From an uncultured Hyphomicrobiales bacterium (GTDB lineage Bacteria; Bacteroidota; Ignavibacteria; Kapaibacteriales; UBA2268), in assembly GCA_964634885.1 (NCBI GenBank), contig CAZWLN010000011.1, positions 7,216 through 71,215 of the forward strand: DNA of 64,000 nt. The letters are read 5' to 3'. A model generated the notes under the pieces. That model saw only the letters and a list, made by a program, of their open reading frames with translations, was not told where the DNA came from and searched no databases. Positions 60,574 through 64,000 of the stretch are shown in pieces (position 1 is the first letter of the stretch; each line of letters starts with the position of its first letter). Made by a program: the position numbers and the translations under genes.

Positions 60574-61854
60574 TCAGAAGGCCGCAATCAGCCTGAGACC
60601 GAACAGCAGGGCATCATCTCCCGTATCCGAATTGCACGGATCGATAACATACTGGAAGTCAGGCTGGAGAGCAAGTGCAGGAGTAAGGTAATACTTATAT
60701 GTAAGCTCAAATATATGCTCAAAAGGTAACACGGTCCGGCCTTCAGTTTTCGCGGTTTCCCTGTATTGTCCGGAATTGTGTGCGGAAGCAAAACTCACCC
60801 CTAACTCATCCGGACATGATTCCTGGAAGACACCTCTGTAAACCAGCCCTCCGCCAAAATAAAAGTCAAACTGGTTAACCTTGGCGTCTGCTACACCTGC
60901 TCTTGCAACAAGGGACAGGCCGTTACAATTATCAAAACTTGACAGAAACAGGTCCTGTTCGAAAATCAGGTATAAGCCCTGGTTGTAAATGCCTGAAACA
61001 ATATGGCTGTAACTGTCCGTATAATGCCAGTAGCCAAGTGCCAGTTTCGTGTAGGGTTCATTTTTATGTTTTTCATTGCCGGGCAGCGCACATGTTTTGT
61101 TTCCTTTAGTGAAACCGGCTTCGACAGCAGTCAACAGGCCGTCATTGTCATTGAACACTATATGAGTACCGTTCGGACGGTTAGGATCGCCGGCGACACC
61201 GTCCAGGGCGCTGAGTTGAATATAAGTATTATCAACAGGAGAATACCTGATCCGCAACCCGAAAGAAGCAGTGGGAAAAATCGAAGGGCCGTTCTCTCCG
61301 GACTGGGACCAGTCAACACCGATGCCGTGCGATGGGTTGATGAACAACTGGTTTACAACTTTGCAGTCGAACTGGGAATTCAGGTCATACATACCGACAA
61401 GCATGTTCAAACGGTTGTTGAAAAATGATGTTTCCAAATAAAGCTGGAATATTTTCCATGTATTATAAGCGGCGATATTAGAGATACCCTGTCCGGCACC
61501 TGCATAGTCCGCGATGTTCTTACCGTTGTTACCAAGGACATGAATGAACAGATTTGTATTGTCAACACCAACCAGGTTTTCCAGTTCGAACAGTCCTGTC
61601 AGGTCTATGTTATCGGTATAACAGGATTCAGACCTGCCGTTAACCGCCGAACCCCACACTTCGCCTTTATACATTGCGTCGATCGTAATTCCTGCGGTTT
61701 CCAGGCTATTTCTGAATCCGCCCCAATCGCCGGTGAGGCGCTCCCGGTTAAGTATGCCCGAATCGTCCTGAATTGCATCTTCCGAATAGGCTGGAGTAAG
61801 GAACATAGTAAATGTGATCAGAATTATATTCAGTATTGCCGCTGCCTTTGCCAT
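60574..61854 (-). CDS. OprB-family carbohydrate-selective porin
   Basis: LTGDWGGFR, FINPSHG, GPSIFP, ELTYKY, LQPDFQYVIDP, terminal Phe. Confidence 0.9.
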   Translation of the reverse strand: MAKAAAILNIILITFTMFLTPAYSEDAIQDDSGILNRERLTGDWGGFRNSLETAGITIDAMYKGEVWGSAVNGRSESCYTDNIDLTGLFELENLVGVDNTNLFIHVLGNNGKNIADYAGAGQGISNIAAYNTWKIFQLYLETSFFNNRLNMLVGMYDLNSQFDCKVVNQLFINPSHGIGVDWSQSGENGPSIFPTASFGLRIRYSPVDNTYIQLSALDGVAGDPNRPNGTHIVFNDNDGLLTAVEAGFTKGNKTCALPGNEKHKNEPYTKLALGYWHYTDSYSHIVSGIYNQGLYLIFEQDLFLSSFDNCNGLSLVARAGVADAKVNQFDFYFGGGLVYRGVFQESCPDELGVSFASAHNSGQYRETAKTEGRTVLPFEHIFELTYKYYLTPALALQPDFQYVIDPCNSDTGDDALLFGLRLIAAF

Positions 61855-62300
61855 ACATACACCTTCTTTTACCTTTACTTTCCTGTCATCCTTGCCGTTA
61901 ACAATTATTCCCTTAATAGAATTTTCGGCTGAATTACTATGTTTCTTTAATAGAAAACAGTTGTCCGTTTACTGTCTGAATAGAGACAGGCCTTCAGGTT
62001 TTCGTTTCCTAATATCCGGTTTCATATCAATTCATTAATCAAAAACATTTTACAATTTTCAATTTACCGGTAACAAAATTAGCAATATTTAGGCATATAT
62101 AAAAATTAATTTAGGTATGTATAAATTTGAATCAATATATTTACTCGTTTTTGTTGACACAAGAATCAGGAGGTATTACCGGTAATTAAATACCGGATAG
62201 TCTGTTAAAATTATGTAAATAAAGGCTCTTCGCTATTCAGTGTGGGGAACATTATATTGATAATGATGACAGTAAAGAGACTGTAATATCAATAGATTTC

Positions 62301-62328
62301 GTAGAGACGCAAGGCCTTGCGTCTTTAC
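62301..62328. repeat. GTAG-type REP palindrome
   Basis: GTAGAGACGCAAGG-CCTTGCGTCTTTAC: 5' GTAG plus a near-perfect palindrome with one mismatch. Confidence 0.75.
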
Positions 62329-62381
62329 TGGTGCGGCTTTCCAGTGTCCGGGATAAGGTATTTGTGCACTCTGTGTGTGTT

Positions 62382-62484
62382 AACCCACCTAAATCCTCCC
62401 CAAAGGGAGGACTTCAAGAACTGCCTTGTTTCTTTCTCCTTCCCCTTGGGGAATAATTCCCCAAGGGAAGGTCGGGATGGGGTT
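62382..62484. repeat. Composite repeat cluster C (REP-like hairpins)
   Basis: aacccacctaaatcctccccaaagggaggacttcaaga and ttctttctccttccccttggggaataattccccaagggaaggtcgggatgggg, shared with clusters A and B. Confidence 0.85.
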
Positions 62485-62752
62485 GCTGTTGTACATTTCA
62501 ATTACTACCTACCCACTACAAATAGCGAAAAACCAATATAAAATATTCAGTACAAGCCCCGCAGGTGGTAAGGCTTACCTCCAACAGATTTCAGCCCGGG
62601 CAAACCCGGAATAATATCACACTTTATTAAATCAGACATTTAAGTGATATTTGTTCACTATATTGTTCATCGATCGATAAAATATTTCCATAGAAAACAA
62701 TAATTGTTGTCGATTTCAATCTTATGGATTTATTTATTATGGCAAAATTGAA

Positions 62753-63646
62753 ATGGATGCAATAAAAGAAAAATTCAAGTACAGGGACAGGTGCCTGAGG
62801 CTGATGTCCAAAGACGGACGCTTCAGGGCTTCTGTCATAAAGAACACAAACGCTGCCAATCTGGCCGTTGAAAAGCACAAACTCAGCGGCATGGCAATAC
62901 AATACCTGGCAAAGACACTGTCAGCCGCTTCTTTACTCTCGATGTTCCTCAAGGGAGAGGAACGTGTAATCGTCGATATTACCAGCGACAACGGGATACA
63001 AAGGCTGTTTGCCGAAGCCATGCAGGTTGGTGAAGTACGCGGATTTGCCGAACTCAGCCCCGATACCGGACCGGGCCGGTACCTTGAACCCGGCAACGGT
63101 TTTCTCAAGGTCAGCAGGATACTTTACAACCGTCCGGAACCATTGGCCGGTGTTGTGCCTCTCGTGGTGGGAGACATCGCTTCGGATCTGGCCTATTATC
63201 TACATCAATCCGAGCAGATACCCTCGACAGTGATGCTCATTGCCGAAACGGACAAAGAGGACGCTACCATTACCCGTTCCGGTGGCATTATCGTCCAGGC
63301 AATGCCCGGCACTACTTTCAGGGAAATCCTGGAGATTGAACAGAAACTGATGGATTCGGAAGACTTTTTCGACAATGTCGAACAAGGGCTTAACAGCGAA
63401 GACGCCTTACGAAGAGTTGTACCCTTCGACTTCGAAGTAGTGAAAACCACACCGGTGGATTTCTTCTGCCGCTGCTCTAAGGACAGCTTCGTCGGCAAAC
63501 TTCTGACACTCGAATCGTCAGAGATCGAAGACATGAAACTCAGCAGGCAGAACGAACTCGTCTGCCGCTACTGTAACGCACATTACTACCTCGAAGACGC
63601 AGACTACGACACCATTCTTACTACCATCAACAGCAGGAAGAATTAA
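62753..63646 (+). CDS. hslO: Hsp33 redox-regulated chaperone
   Basis: GDIASDLAYYLHQSEQIPS, GGIIVQAMPG, zinc ligands CRCS...CRYC. Confidence 0.95.
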   Translation: MDAIKEKFKYRDRCLRLMSKDGRFRASVIKNTNAANLAVEKHKLSGMAIQYLAKTLSAASLLSMFLKGEERVIVDITSDNGIQRLFAEAMQVGEVRGFAELSPDTGPGRYLEPGNGFLKVSRILYNRPEPLAGVVPLVVGDIASDLAYYLHQSEQIPSTVMLIAETDKEDATITRSGGIIVQAMPGTTFREILEIEQKLMDSEDFFDNVEQGLNSEDALRRVVPFDFEVVKTTPVDFFCRCSKDSFVGKLLTLESSEIEDMKLSRQNELVCRYCNAHYYLEDADYDTILTTINSRKN

Positions 63647-63881
63647 GGGAACACAATTCCGGAAAAATTAATTATTTTGAGTTATTGCAGCCTGAGTACA
63701 TACTATAGCAATATTCCGGCTATACTAATTTTTATGTGTTAATATTCGGTATATCCCGACGATAATATTCAATTGAAGGGATTATTACTGTTAAATATAT
63801 ATATGTTCTGTAACCGGTCATAGGCTGGAGACATGAAAAACATATTGTAAAGGAGAATGCGATGATGTTCAGGGTAATTGG

Positions 63882-64000
63882 ATGTTAAAACGTATTCGAA
63901 ATAGCAGCCTCAGTATTAAAATATCACTGTTAGGGGGCGCCAGCGTCCTGATTACAATGACTGCCATGCTGAGCCTCTTCCTGTGGCTGAGCGGGGAATA
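63882..64000 (+). CDS. 5' end of a membrane protein (chemoreceptor- or sensor-kinase-like), truncated by the window edge
   Basis: MLKRIRNSSLSIKISLLGGASVLITMTAMLSLFLWLSGE...: a basic N-terminus followed by a TM helix; the frame stays open to the end. Confidence 0.45.
   Translation, partial: MLKRIRNSSLSIKISLLGGASVLITMTAMLSLFLWLSGE

Noticed and set aside
61855-62300. Long intergenic stretch upstream of the porin as a hidden gene or riboswitch
   Set aside because: It contains only short interrupted frames and AT-rich sequence, with no recognisable riboswitch consensus.
63785-63814. Possible fourth AraC operator (TTACTGTT...GTTCTGTAAC)
   Set aside because: Only the proximal half-site matches; the distal half is off by one base, and the site is far from the block.

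Overview
A 64-kb chromosomal window from an FCB-group bacterium, probably Bacteroidota sensu lato (Kapabacteria/Ignavibacteria-like). This is inferred from seven proteins with type IX secretion (T9SS)-type C-terminal domains, TAnnTTTG -7 promoter boxes, GlnRS and SMC. Housekeeping genes are glnS (partial), aqpZ, smc, mreBCD, ubiE/menG, hslO, DedA, a PIF1-like helicase and a MazG-like pyrophosphohydrolase. They are interleaved with large secreted proteins: two beta-propellers, an IgGFc-binding-type adhesin, two tandem gingipain-like C25 peptidases, an S8 protease and a GH20 enzyme split by one in-frame TAG. There is a HEAT-cheR-cheY-cheY-cheZ-cheA chemosensory cluster and three hybrid histidine kinases. 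The most interesting region is an ~11-kb block (17.5-28.7 kb) encoding a CxxC-AraC regulator, two paralogous RRM proteins, SPFH, a GT4 fusion, GH130, a cupin, an HpnP-like B12 radical SAM enzyme and a hybrid kinase. Three of its promoters share a spaced direct-repeat motif (TTATRTWA-N12-KTTCTGTAA), suggesting a self-contained regulon. Three intergenic clusters are built from shuffled REP/MITE-like hairpin modules. No tRNA, rRNA, CRISPR array, integrase or transposase gene was recognised.
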